A stretch of 64,000 bases of DNA, taken from the NCBI GenBank assembly GCA_951406725.2, contig OX597822.1:39556001-39620000 (forward strand), given 5' to 3'. Within the stretch, counting starts at the first letter, position 1, and the number at the start of each line of letters is the position of its first letter. The translations under genes and the position numbers were made by a program. Below are positions 1-11,933 of this stretch, in pieces. The notes beneath the pieces were generated by a model, which had not been told where the DNA came from, did not search any database, and saw only the letters and a list, made by a program, of their open reading frames with translations. The stretch is from Octopus vulgaris (Eukaryota).

Positions 1-44
<44 letters not shown>

Positions 45-54
45 CATCATTATT

Positions 55-144
55 ATTGAGTGAGTGAGAGAGCAGTGCATGCCATCAAAGTGACAGTGGG
101 GTAAAATATACGGAGCCCAGTATACCCATCATGACTACCCGTCT
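55..144 (-). mobile_element. Terminal fragment of the ORF-less (TAA)n-associated element (full copy at 5659-6216)
   Basis: Reverse complement matches about 6133-6216 (agacgggtagtcatgatgggtata...gtcactttgatggcatgc...ctcactcaa) and abuts the (ATT)n run at 1-57. Confidence 0.8.
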
Positions 145-279
145 ATTTGCGATGGATGCGTGGATGTAATTTGAATGCAGGGATGGATTTTGTTATGAAG
201 TCACAGTGGGGACACTGATGATTTTGATTTTGCCTGGGATCGGACCAACATGTCCCTTGATTGCAGGATATAATTCTGT

Positions 280-745
280 TATTTGTTCTGTTTTTTCAAC
301 TCAAATTATTTTCTTGCGTCGTGACACATTTTACGTCACTCAAATTGATCTAGGCAATAAACCTTCCAATGTTGTTAAATTAATCTGCAAGAATTTTAAT
401 TGATTGTTTCGGCTTATCGTTATACTGAAGGATGGGTTTTCCTTTACCGCGGAATCCCTCAAATTGTTGGCCATACAAAAGAATTCTTGGAATGCGATCA
501 TCATGCATTCGAAAACATGTCCTGCCCATCTGCACTGAATTCTCAACTGTCTATTTTCGATACTGGAGATATCACATTTATCTAAAATTTTGACATTTGA
601 TTTCTTATCTTGCCATTTTGTGTTGCAGATATTGGGCAGACAACACATGTGAAAGGTTTCTAGTTTCATTATATGTCTGTAGTAGGGAGTCCATACTTCC
701 GTACCGTACAAAAAGTGTGCTCAAAATACAAGATTTGAGAGCACT
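280..745 (-). pseudogene. Degenerate RTE-clade LINE fragment, C-terminal part of RT ORF
   Basis: ORF 340-711 reads YGTEVWT...KLETFHMCCL..I....WQDK.SN..IL...RWAGHV, typical of the RTE post-RT region. Confidence 0.75.
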
Positions 746-752
746 CTACAAC

Positions 753-1075
753 TTGAAGTTGTAACAAAGGGAGAAAATGTAACGATTCTTTTGACATTTC
801 AGTACATACAGACAGTGCACCGAAGTTAATAAATCAGATATTGTCAGTTTACTGATTGCCTTGAGAATCTCTTATGATCATAATATTTCTGCAAAAGAAT
901 TTGACAAGCTCAGAATATAAAGATATAAACTCATTGAAATCGAAAACAATGTGGCAAGACGATTACAATAACTGTGAGCACAAGGAATCATCAAAACTGG
1001 AACTAAAAATTATTTGAAACGTGCGAAAGATTATTTTAACTGGCAAGAAATGGAAATAAAATTGTAAGAAGAAAT
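753..1075 (+). mobile_element. Highly degenerate 3' fragment of R4/Dong-like RLE retrotransposon
   Basis: Similar to the region from about 9845 onward (GENVTIL, SAKEFDKLR coding remnants); ends in ggcaagaaatggaa...gaagaaa followed by (TAA)n. Confidence 0.7.
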
Positions 1076-1098
1076 AATAATAATAATAAAAATAATAA

Positions 1099-1129
<31 letters not shown>

Positions 1130-1139
1130 AATAATATTT

Positions 1140-1587
1140 ATTAAAAGGATGTATTTATTAATTGACATGATTATTCCCTGTGATCACAATATAGCGGCGA
1201 AAGAATTTGACAAGATTAGTAAATATAAAGACCTGCTAATAGAAATTGAAAAAATGTGGCATCTCAAGGCGACTACAGTAACAGTGATTGTAGGATCTCT
1301 AGGAATGATAAAAAAAAAGGTACTGAAACCTATTTGAAAATGGTTCCAGGCTTACCATCCCTACAGGAAGTGCAAAAAATCGTATTAACTGGAACGGCTC
1401 ATGTACAGAGAAGAGCACTATCGCTGTGAAAATAACATCCATCCATGAATTTATTTATTTATTACTTTTTAAAAACATATTTTATCTGTGAATTTGCGCG
1501 TGTAATCTGGGAATGCATACAATGCCCTTCTCTGCCCTAGGTGTATGGAAAACACTCGGCGAGAAATGGAAGAAAATTTGAAGAAAT
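1140..1587 (+). mobile_element. 5'-truncated R4/Dong-like element (RLE C-terminus + 3' UTR)
   Basis: LLIDMIIPCDHNIAAKEFDKISKYKDLLIEIEKMWHLK is near-identical to the ORF at 9552-10238; 3' UTR gccctagg...actcggcgagaaatggaagaaaatttgaagaaa; (TAA)n on both sides. Confidence 0.88.
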
Positions 1588-1603
1588 AATAATAATAATA
1601 ATG

Positions 1604-1661
<58 letters not shown>

Positions 1662-1662
<1 letters not shown>

Positions 1663-1873
1663 CCTTTCTACTAAAGACTGAAGGTTTGAAATTTGGTGGA
1701 TGGGGACTAGTCGATTACATCAACCCCAGTGTTTCACTGGTACTTAATTGATCGATCTCGAAAGGATCAAAAGCAAAGTCGACCTCGGCCGGCGGAATTT
1801 GAAATCAGAACGCGAAGACGGACAAAATGCTGCTAAGTATTTCGCCTGGTGTGCTAACGATTCTGCCAGCTCA
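1662..1873 (-). mobile_element. tRNA-derived SINE family 2 (Meta-domain-like core)
   Basis: Minus strand ggtgagctggcagaatcgttagcac...ttcaaattccgcc...gaggtcgactttgcttttgatcctttcgagatcgat...aagtaccag; repeated many times in the window. Confidence 0.8.
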
Positions 1874-1899
1874 CCAAGACCGAAAGTTCTGAGAAGTAA

Positions 1900-1959
<60 letters not shown>

Positions 1960-1983
1960 AATTAAAAAAAAAATCTTTTTTTA

Positions 1984-2066
<83 letters not shown>

Positions 2067-2094
2067 TATTTTTTATTTATTTTATTTATTTTTT

Positions 2095-4989
2095 AAATGA
2101 AAACTTAATAATAATTTAACTTTACTTGAAAAGAAAATTTCTAACAGTACACCGAATCGCTTGTCCAATGGTTATAAAGGAAGCGCGCCCGTCAGGAGGC
2201 TGCCAGCCTGATGGTGAAAAATTTTCAAATGGCAGAATATCTTCCCCGAATACGAACCTGGAAGGTCACTTAAACGGGATTTGTCCCAAATTAAGCCTCC
2301 AAAGTTCACCACCACAACGACCAGAAAATCAAAAAAGTAAAAGAACTAAATGGAACCGGGAAGAATATAAAGAAGTAATATATGCTTATTACTTTGCATT
2401 AAGTAGGTCAACCCAAGAAAAATGCACCGCAAACTCCTACAGAATTTGGAGGAACCGGAATCCAGCTAGCAGACCAAACCTGGATGAAAACAGATTAGCA
2501 AATGTTAGAAGAGATATCTTCAGAAATACCAGACTCACAGATGCAGAATTAACCTCTATTAAAAAAGTGGTAGAGAATGACCTAAATGCAAGTCAGGAAA
2601 GAAATATCGAAGCTGAGGAGAGGAATGTTGGGCCACAAGCATTGACTGAAAGGCGACCATCTGCCGAATCGACTCAAGATCCTGAAGAAGGAAAATATGA
2701 CCCTAGAAAAAACAGCCCGGAAAATGATGTCGAAACAGATTTTGAAAATCATATGTTTGTTGAACAACACAGAAAATCTATCATTGAAATGAAGCAAGAA
2801 GTTCTGAATGAGCTTGCAGTTGTAGGGCATACAACTATGAATGATTGGGAACCACTCCATAAACTCTCAAATGCACACCAACATAAAACACAAATAAAAA
2901 TTGGCAACTGCGTTACAGAGGAAATCATACAACTAAAACCCGATCTTAATAAATTAAATGAAATTATTTACTCTGTCGCTAAGGTAAGACGCTGTTTAAC
3001 ACCCAAAAAGTCAACAATACCAAATTCGAAAAGAAAATCAAACTGGAGGAGTAGAATTGAAACTGAAATTGAATCATTGCGAAGGGAGATATCAATATTA
3101 ACTGAGCTAATCTCTGGAAATGATGTAAGATCAAGAAAAGGCAGGAAGATTGTGAGAAAATATGGACATTCAACAAGAGAAGAACTAATGTCAGCGAAAG
3201 AAACGCTTAAACAAAAAGTTCAAGCGAAAGCTCAGAAAATACGCAGATTTGAGAAAAGAATCAAATTCTACAAACAAAATAAGATGTTCAAATCCAATGC
3301 CAAATCATTTTACAGGGAAATAGGGAAAGAAAAAATAACCATTGAAAATCCAACCCTAATGGAAGAAGTTGAAAACTTTTGGAAGGGGATCTGGAGTGAT
3401 GAGAAACCATACAATGAAAATGCAAAGTGGATCAAACGCACCCAAAATAATTACAAAAATCTACAAGAACAGGTATGGGAAGACATCTCAATCGCCGACC
3501 TAAGGAGAGCACTAACGACGGCTCATAAGTGGAAACCCCCTGGTATTGATAGAGTACCAAATTTCTGGCTCTCATCACTCTCGTCCGCACACAAAATGTT
3601 AGTAATACTATTTAATAGTATTATGAAAGACCCGAAAAAAACACCACATTGGATGGCAAATGGTATTATTTACCTCCTCCCCAAAAATAACAAAACGAAA
3701 GACCCAAAAACTATCGGCCTATAACATGTTTATCTACTACCTGTAAGATCTTGACATCTATTCTAGTAGAGAAAACATATACGTTTATGTAAGAGAATAA
3801 CCTCTTTCCCACTGAACAAAAGGATGCAGACGAGGCTCATACGGATGTAAAGATCAGCTCCTAATTAATCGCATGATCCTTGAGAACTGCCATACCAAGC
3901 GCAGAAATATCAGCTCTTCATGGATTGATTATAAAAAAGCCTTTGACAGCATACCACATCCGTGGATTCTGAAATCGCTGGACATTTTCAAAATTTCTCC
4001 TATGATTTCAGATTTTTTAAAGTATAATATGTCACTATGGAACACAAAGCTCCAATTATATCATTCTAATGGACTATTGCACTCAAACAACATTAGCATA
4101 AACTGTGGAATTTTCCAAGGTGACTCACTTTCACCACTAATATTCTGCATAGCACTAATACCACTCTCAAGTGAACTGAATAGAACAGGATATGGCTACA
4201 AAATTGACAACAAGAAAATAAGCCATCTATTTTATATGGATGACTTAAAGCTATATGGCAAAGATGATGAAGAGCTTGAAGGATTATTACATACTGTGAA
4301 AGGATTCAGTGATGATATCGGGATGGAGTTTGGCCTTGAAAAGTGTGCCAAAGCCACTTTTAAGAAAGGGAAATTGGTAAAGTCTAGTTCAATCGAATTA
4401 GATGTCGAAATAGTAATAAAGGAACTTGAGCAGGAGCAAACCTATAAATACCTAGGAATAAATGAAGGCTCTGGTATCCAGCATGCAAGCATGAAAGAGA
4501 AGGTTAGGAAAGAATGTTATAGAAGAGTTCGAGCAGTCCTGAAGTCTGAGCTGAATGCATATAATAAGGTTTTAGTCATAAATTCCTTAGCAGTACCAGT
4601 TGTTCTTTATAGCTTCAATGTGCTTAACTGGAATACTAGTGAAATAATGAAAATTGACAGGAAAATCCGCAAGCTACTGACTTGTAATAAGATGCACCAT
4701 CCAAAGGCAGACGTGGATCGCCTTTACCTTCCCAGAGCTCAGGGAGGTCGAGGTTTGATCCAGCTTGAACTTACATACAAAACCACCACAATCGGACTGG
4801 CCAAATACCTTGAAGCAACCGACGATTGGATGCTAAAACATGAAAGACCTAAAAAACTTCACTCTATTCTCAAAGAGAGCAAAAAATTCGCTGCTGATCT
4901 CTTAGATACCCGCCAGATTGAGCAGGCTGAAGGAAATGTGCTAATTGCAGCTGCAAAGAAAATAAAATTAACGGAAGAAAATTTGAAGA

Positions 4990-4990
<1 letters not shown>
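2095..4990 (+). mobile_element. R4/Dong-clade non-LTR retrotransposon copy A, disrupted and internally deleted (no RLE domain)
   Basis: ORFs 2126-3724 and 3873-4994: N-terminal KWNREEYKEVIYAYYFA; RT motifs WKPPGID, WIDYKKAFDSIPH, GIFQGDSLSPLIF, FYMDD, YKYLG, GGRGL; frameshift and stop at 3710-3830; ends with the family 3' tail then (TAA)n. Confidence 0.92.
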
Positions 4991-5057
<67 letters not shown>

Positions 5058-5069
5058 TAATAATAATAA

Positions 5070-5430
5070 ATTAATACCAGCAGATGACAACGTGTCTCTA
5101 AAAGAAATGGAGGAACTTTCAAAATACAGAGACCTGGAAATAGAAGTAACTCGAATGTGGAATTTAAAAACAGAAACAATTCCTATCATAGTGGGCGCAT
5201 TAGGTATGATAAAAAAATATTCAGACAAATACATAACAAAAACACCAGGACTAACAAACACATATAACATACAGAAAATTGCACTACTAGGCACTGCACA
5301 CATCCTACACAGAACACTTTTAATACAGTAACCATCAGAGCATCACAGCAAACCGCGGTACATACCCAAGGCACACAGAGCTGCGCTCGGTAGAGAAGTG
5401 AAAGCACGCTATAAAAATAAAACTACTGAA
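5070..5430 (+). mobile_element. 3' fragment of a second, divergent R4/Dong-like family
   Basis: ORF 5092-5331 KEMEELSKYRDLEIEVTRMW...IPIIVGALG...QKIALLGTAHIL (RLE C-terminus); flanked by (TAA)n. Confidence 0.85.
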
Positions 5431-5431
5431 T

Positions 5432-5491
<60 letters not shown>

Positions 5492-5500
5492 CTACTGAAT

Positions 5501-5574
<74 letters not shown>

Positions 5575-5588
5575 TGATGATGATGATG

Positions 5589-5658
<70 letters not shown>

Positions 5659-5660
<2 letters not shown>

Positions 5661-6216
5661 GCCCTGATGCAGTACCAGGCAGTGGCTCTCATGGCTTCTG
5701 ATCTTAACTGATTGGAAGTGTTATCATGTACATTGTTTTGTCTTGGTATAAATGATGGGCTACAGCAAATATTCTGCTCAATACTACAGATTTGTTTGTC
5801 AGTTGTTTGACCTTAACCAGTTGAGCATGTCCTTTAGTGGCTGATGATATGAGCATCTCTGATCACGAGCAGAAGTAGTGGGGGAGCATCATAGCCATGT
5901 GTTGAGAGGGATTCTTTGGACTTTGAATAATTCACCTCTGGAATCATAGGTGTTTCGTTCAACATCCTAAAGCAACCCTTATTCAGGGACCTTTTGAGCA
6001 GGATGGGCTACTCGACCTGAAGAAAATTCTAACTGGGCCCCACCTGCAAGGTCATGTGCTGTTTATCTTGATATGAGATCACCATGTCGCGCACATATGG
6101 TTGTGATGCATGTGCCTGGTGTACCCTTATCAGACGGGTAGTCATGATGGGTATATTGGGCTTCGTATATTTTACCCCAGTGTCACTTTGATGGCATGCT
6201 CTGCTCGCTCACTCAA
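5659..6216 (+). mobile_element. Non-coding, non-autonomous element of about 560 bp inserted in (TAA)n
   Basis: Non-microsatellite block bounded by (TAA)n on both sides; second partial copy at 55-144; no ORF, tRNA head or TIR seen; orientation inferred. Confidence 0.7.
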
Positions 6217-7011
6217 TGATAATAATAATAATAATAAGCAGCCAACCATCAAGCCAGCCAACGAGACAGACAGACACTACTGTGATGGTGATAAGGATAA
6301 AAAAACAAAAATAACAATAATAAGATACTGCTGTGACTACACATAAAACAATATCATTGATGATGATGGTGGTGATGGTGATGGTGATGATGATAATGAT
6401 GATGGTAATGGTGGTGATAATGATGATAGTGATAATAATGGTGATGATAATAACAATAATAAGCCGACTACGGCTGCTATAATGGTACGATTATAATTGT
6501 AACGGCAATGATGGCCGTCTCCCCACGAGCCAACCAAAGCTAAAAAATGATAACATTATCGTAGCACCAAAATGTTTTTGGAAACTAAAAGGAAAACTAA
6601 ATCAGTATACCAAATCGCTTGTCCTATGGTTAATCTGGAAGCGCGTCCCCCAGGGAAGAGCCAGCCTGGGATCGAAAAGTCATCAACTGGCACAAACTCT
6701 TCTCCGAATACGGACATGGATGGTCACTTGAACGGGAAAATCCCCCAACTCGAGTCCTCCAAGTTCACCACCACAACCACCACAGAAAGAAAAATGTAAG
6801 AGGAACAAATGGACCCGAGAAGAGTATAAAGAAGTAATATACGCTTATTACTATGCATTAGGTAGGCCATCTCAAGAGAGACACACCGCAAACTCTTACA
6901 GTATATGGAGAACACGGAATCAAGACAGTAGGCCCTATTTGGACGAGAACAAATTAGCAAATGTGAGGAGGGATATCCTTAGAAATAACAGACTCACAGA
7001 CAGTGAAATAA

Positions 7012-9573
7012 GTGCGATCAAGCACGCAACGGAAAATGACAAATATAAGACACAAGGGAAATGAAGAATCAGATGAACAGTATAGCCCGCCACGAGTCTT
7101 AAATGAAAGACTGCCATCTGACCAAAGTACGCAAAGGCCTGAAGATACAAGAAATTCTATTGTACCTGTTAAAGATAGCCAGGAAAACGAAAAAACAACA
7201 GTAACTGAAGATCTCGCATTTGCTGAAGAACACAGAGAGTCTATGGCAGAAATGAGGCAGAAAATCCTGAATACACTTGAAGTTGTTAGACATACAAGTA
7301 TGAATGATAGAGAACCACTTCATAAACTCTCAAATACAAACCAAAATAAAAAACAAATCCAAATTGGCAACTATGTAACAAATGAAATAATACGAGAATT
7401 AAATCCTGATTTTACTGAGTTAAATGAAATTATTTACGCTTCTGCTAGGGCAATTGAAACCAGCTGTATGCCCCCGAAAAAACAAAGAAAACAAAACCTG
7501 GGAAGAAATCAAACCTGGAGAAGTAAAATTGAAAAAGTGATTGAATTTATGAGAGGGGAAATATCAATATTAAATGAACTAATATGTGGAAATGATGTAA
7601 GATCCAGAACAGGAAGAAAGATGAAGAGAAAATTTGGATCCTCACCAAGAGAAGAACTGATATCAATAAAAGAAACGCTGAAACAAAAAGTCCAAGCAAA
7701 AGCCCAAAGAATACGAAGATTTGAGAAGAGAAACAAGTTTTACAAGCAAAATAAGCTGTTCACATCCAATGCCAAAAAATTCTACAGAGAAATAGGGAAG
7801 GAGAAAGTAACCGTTAAAGACCCCCCTCCCATGGAAGAAGTTCAAAACTTTTGGAAAAGGATTTGGAGTGACAAGAAGACGTACAACATAAATGCAGACT
7901 GGATTATACAAACTGAAGGATCCTACTGGGAAGACATCACAATAGCAGACCTAAGAAAGGCACTCACGAAGGCCCATAATTGGAAATCCCCCGGTAAAGA
8001 TAGAGTGCCGAATTTCTGGCTCGCATCGCTCCCATGCGCACACGGTAAGCTAGTTCAGCTGCTCAATGGAATTATGAGAGACCCAAAGAAAACACCTGAA
8101 TGGTTAGCAAGTGGCATTACTTACCTACTCCCAAAGAATAACGAAACCAACCTTCCAAAAAACTATCGGCCTATAACCTGTCTATCCACCACGTATAAAA
8201 TCCTAACATCTATCCTGGCGGAGAAAACATATGCATTCATGGAGAAGAACGATATTTTCCCCATTGAACAAAAAGGGTGCCGCCGAGGCTCTTATGGATG
8301 CAAAGATCAACTGCTAATCAATCGTATGATCCTTGAGAACTGTCACAACAAGCGCAGAAATCTCAGCACCGCATGGATTGACTATAAAAAGGCCTTCGAC
8401 AGTATACCGCATCCATGGATCTTGAGATCGCTGGACATCTTCAAAATTTCCCCTGTGATTTCAAACTTCCTGAAGCACAATATGTCGTTGTGGAATACGA
8501 ATCTCCAATTATACCACTCTAATGGAGTACTTGCCTCAGAAAATATAAACATCAACTGTGGAATTTTTCAAGGTGACTCACTTTCACCTTTAATATTCTG
8601 CATAGCCCTAATACCCCTTACAAGTGAATTAAACAGAACAGGGTATGGGTATAAAATTGCCAATAAAAAAATAAGCCATCTATTTTATATGGATGACTTA
8701 AAACTTTATGGTAAAGACAATAATGAACTTGAAGGCCTATTGCGCACTGTGAAAGCATTCAGCGATGACATCGGGATGGAGTTTGGACTTGAGAAGTGTG
8801 CCAAGGCCACTTTCCAGAAAGGGAAAGTGAAGACCACAAATTCAGTCGTGTTAGATGTTGACACAGTCATAAGAGAGCTTGAGCAAGAACAAACATACAA
8901 ATATTTAGGGATAAATGAAGGCTTTGGTATTCAGCATGCAAGCATGAAAGAGAAGATCAGGAAGGAATGTTATAGGAGAGTTCGTGCAGTCCTGAAATCT
9001 GAACTAAATGCTCGTAACAAGGTGTTAGCTATAAATTCCTTAGCAGTTCCAGTTGTTACTTATAGCTACAATGTGTTGAACTGGAATATGAGTGAAGTAA
9101 AAAATATAGATAGGAAAATACGCAAGCTGCTGAGTTGTAATAGGATGCACCACCCAAAGGCAGACGTAGATCGCCTTTACCTTCCCAGAGCCCAAGGAGG
9201 TCGAGGCCTGATCCAATTTGAACTAGCTTACAAAACAACCACAATTGGACTGGCCAAATATCTCGAAATATCGAATGACTGGATGCTAAAGCTCGTGGAA
9301 AATCACGAGAGACGAAAGAAGCTTCATTCTATCATCAAGGAAAGCAAAAAATTTGCTATTGATCTCGTGCAGGATACCCAAACAGAACAACCCGAGGAAA
9401 GTACGGCAATTATTGTTGCAAAGAATGTGAAAATAATGGCAACGAAAAAAGCGCACGAGCAATTGGCTGATAGGTGGGAGGAGAAACCTCTTCACGGCAA
9501 ATATGTGACCCGCAGCAAACAAGCTGATGTTGACCAGAAGCAAACCCATCAGTGGCTTCGGAGCTCAGGGTAA
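7012..9573 (+). pseudogene. Reverse transcriptase portion of Dong copy B ORF
   Basis: WKSPGKD, NYRPITCL, EQKGCRRGSYGCKDQL, WIDYKKAFDS, GIFQGDSLSPL, FYMDD, KPLHG. Confidence 0.92.
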
Positions 9574-10238
9574 AAGCAGAGAGCGAAGGTTTCATCCTGG
9601 CTGCTCAAGATCAAAGCCTATTAACCCGGAACTACCAGGCCAATGTGATGAAAAATGGAGCAGACCCAAAATGCCGATTCTGCAACGACATGATTGAAAC
9701 AGTGGACCACCTAATCTCTGGATGTAAAGTTTTAGCTCCAGTGGAGTATAAATTAAGACATGACAGAGTTGGCCAATATCTACACTGGCTAATAAGTCGG
9801 CATTACAATATCAAAACTGCCGACAAGTGGTATAATCACCACCCTGAGGCTGTAACTGAAGGAGAAAATGTAACCATTCTGTGGGACTTTCCAATACATA
9901 CAGACCGAACCATCAAGGCCAATAAACCAGATATTGTTGTGAAAGACCAAAACAATAAAGTTTGCTTATTGATCGACATGAGCATCCCCTGTGATCATAA
10001 TATCTCAGCGAAAGAGTTTGACAAGCTCAGAAAATATAAAGACCTACTCATTGAAATTGAGAAAATGTGGCATCTCAAGGCGGTTACAATACCAGTGATC
10101 GTAGGAGCACTAGGAATGATCAAGAAGGGAACCGAAAATTATATGAGAATGATCCCTGGCTTACCATCCCTGCAAGAAGTGCAAAAGATTGTCTTAACTG
10201 GTACATCACACGTATTGAGAAGAGCATTGTCGATGTGA
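9552..10238 (+). pseudogene. Zinc knuckle + restriction-like endonuclease (PD..D/ExK) portion of Dong copy B, frameshifted from the RT
   Basis: CRFCNDMIETVDHLISGC (CCHC), RHD, KPDIVV, LIDMSIP, KEFDKLRKY. Confidence 0.92.
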
Positions 10239-10435
10239 GAACTGTTGCTGCTCATGTATTTTAATTTAACTTAAAAAAAAAAAATGAACGAACTATTGAG
10301 TTTGGTTTAATGGCATACCAATGTATACTATGAGTTTCTTTGCCCTAGGAGTCGGGAAGACACTCGGCAAGAAATGGAAGCAAATTTGAAAGAAGAAAAA
10401 TAAAGTAATAATAATAATAATAATAGTAATAATAA

Positions 10436-10660
10436 TCCCTTCTACCATAGGCACAAGGCCTGGAATTTTCGGGGAAAGTCCCACTCAATTAGAGCAACCC
10501 CAGTACGCAACTGGTACTTATTTTGTCGTCCCCAGGAGGATGAAAACAAAAGAAAAAGAAAAGATAATAACTCGGTGCGATTTGAACTCGGAATGTAAAG
10601 CGCCATAACTTAAATACTGATTGGCATTTTGTCCGACGTGCTAAAATCTTGAGAAGTGGA
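10436..10660 (-). mobile_element. SINE family 2 copy, degenerate
   Basis: ccttctaccataggcacaaggcctggaatttt...actggtacttatttt...tttgaactcgg matches 1662-1873. Confidence 0.7.
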
Positions 10661-10667
10661 AGATTTG

Positions 10668-11075
10668 AGTAGGAGTGGCTGTGTGGTAAGTAGCTTGCTT
10701 ACGAACCTCATGGTTCTGGGTACAGACCCACTGCGTGGCACCTTGGGCAAGTGTCTTCTACTATAGCCTCGGGCCGACCAAAGCCTTGTGAGTGAATTTG
10801 GTAGACGGAAACTGAAAGAAGCCCGTTGCATATATGTATATATATCTGTATGTGTGTGTATATGTTTGTGTTTGTGTTTGTCCCCCCCCCAACAACAACG
10901 CTTGACAACCGATGCTGGTGTGTTTTCGTCTCCGTAACTTAGCGGTTCGGCAAAAGAGACCGATAGAATAAGTACTAGGCTTACAAAGAATAAGTCCTTG
11001 GGTCGATTTGCTCGACTAAAGACGGTGCTCCAGCATGGCCACAGTCAAATGCCTGAAACAAGTAAAAGAGTAAAG
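10668..11075 (+). mobile_element. tRNA-derived SINE family 1 (resembles octopus OK/OR-type SINEs) with internal microsatellite and CR1-like tail
   Basis: Head ggagtggctgtgtggtaagtagcttgc, CORE-like caccttgggcaagtg, tail cggtgctccagcatggccacagtcaaatgcctgaaacaagtaaaagag. Confidence 0.88.
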
Positions 11076-11139
11076 GGACAAACGTCAGGATGAGGCATTA
11101 TTTTTTTACAAGTTGAAATAGAACAAAAATACAAGAGTA

Positions 11140-11770
11140 GAATGTGTGTGTGTGTGTATGTGTGTGTATGTATGTTCGCATGCGCGTGTGTGTTATGCGT
11201 GTGTATGTCTGTATGTATGTATGCGCATGTAATGCATGTGCTTGTGTGTTCGTATGCGCGTGCGGTCTATGTGTATGCGCAGGTGGTTTGCGCAGGTGTG
11301 TGAGTGTGTGAGTGTGTGTGTGTATGTATGTTCACATGCGCGCGTGTGTTATGTGTATGCGCTTGGTATGCGTGTGTATGTCTTCGTATGCGCGCGTGTG
11401 CTATGTGTGAGCATGTGTGTTATGTGTGCGTATGGGTGTATGCGATGCGTGTGTGTGTTCGTATGCGCGTGTGTTATGTGTGAGCATGTGTGTATGCGCA
11501 TGTGTTTTGCGTGTGCGTGCATGTATGCATATGTGTGTGTATGTATGTTCGCATCCGCGTGTTATGAATGTGTATGCGTGTATCTGCGTGTTATGCGTGT
11601 GTGTGTGTTCGTATACGCCTGTCATGTGTGTCTATGTGTGTTTACGCGTGTGTGTTATGTGCGTGTGTGTGTGTTCGTATACTCGTGTGTGTTATGTGAG
11701 AGCATGTGTGTATTCGCATATGTTATGCGTGTGTGTGTGTATATGTATGTGTGTGTGTGTATGTTCGTAA
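11140..11770. repeat. Degenerate GT-rich micro/minisatellite
   Basis: Recurring gtgttcgtatgcgcgtgtgttatg-like units within (GT)n. Confidence 0.85.
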
Positions 11771-11899
11771 TTCACGTTGTGTATACGTGAATTTATCTTT
11801 GCTCTTGTCTCTTTTTGTGTAGTCGAATATATGTGTGCGTGTGTGGTGTACATGTCTCTAATCACCATCGTTTATGTGTTAGTGTTTGTGCATATGTGC

Positions 11900-11933
<34 letters not shown>

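Larger units (their letters stand above)
6560..10405 (+). mobile_element. Near full-length R4/Dong-clade RLE retrotransposon copy B
   Basis: Colinear with copy A from the N-terminus; RT plus CCHC knuckle and restriction-like endonuclease; 3' UTR then TAA repeats; frameshifts near 6780, 7020 and 9570. Confidence 0.93.

Noticed and set aside
5841-6030. CTGATGA and CTGAAGA strings in the TAA-associated element (also within Dong ORFs, at 25987 and at 41508)
   Set aside because: No stem II followed by GAAA and no closing stem I; not hammerheads
6460-6545. HDV-like ribozyme upstream of Dong copy B (tccccac loop-like string)
   Set aside because: Could not build P1, P2 and P4 pairings by eye; would need an RNArobo/Infernal search
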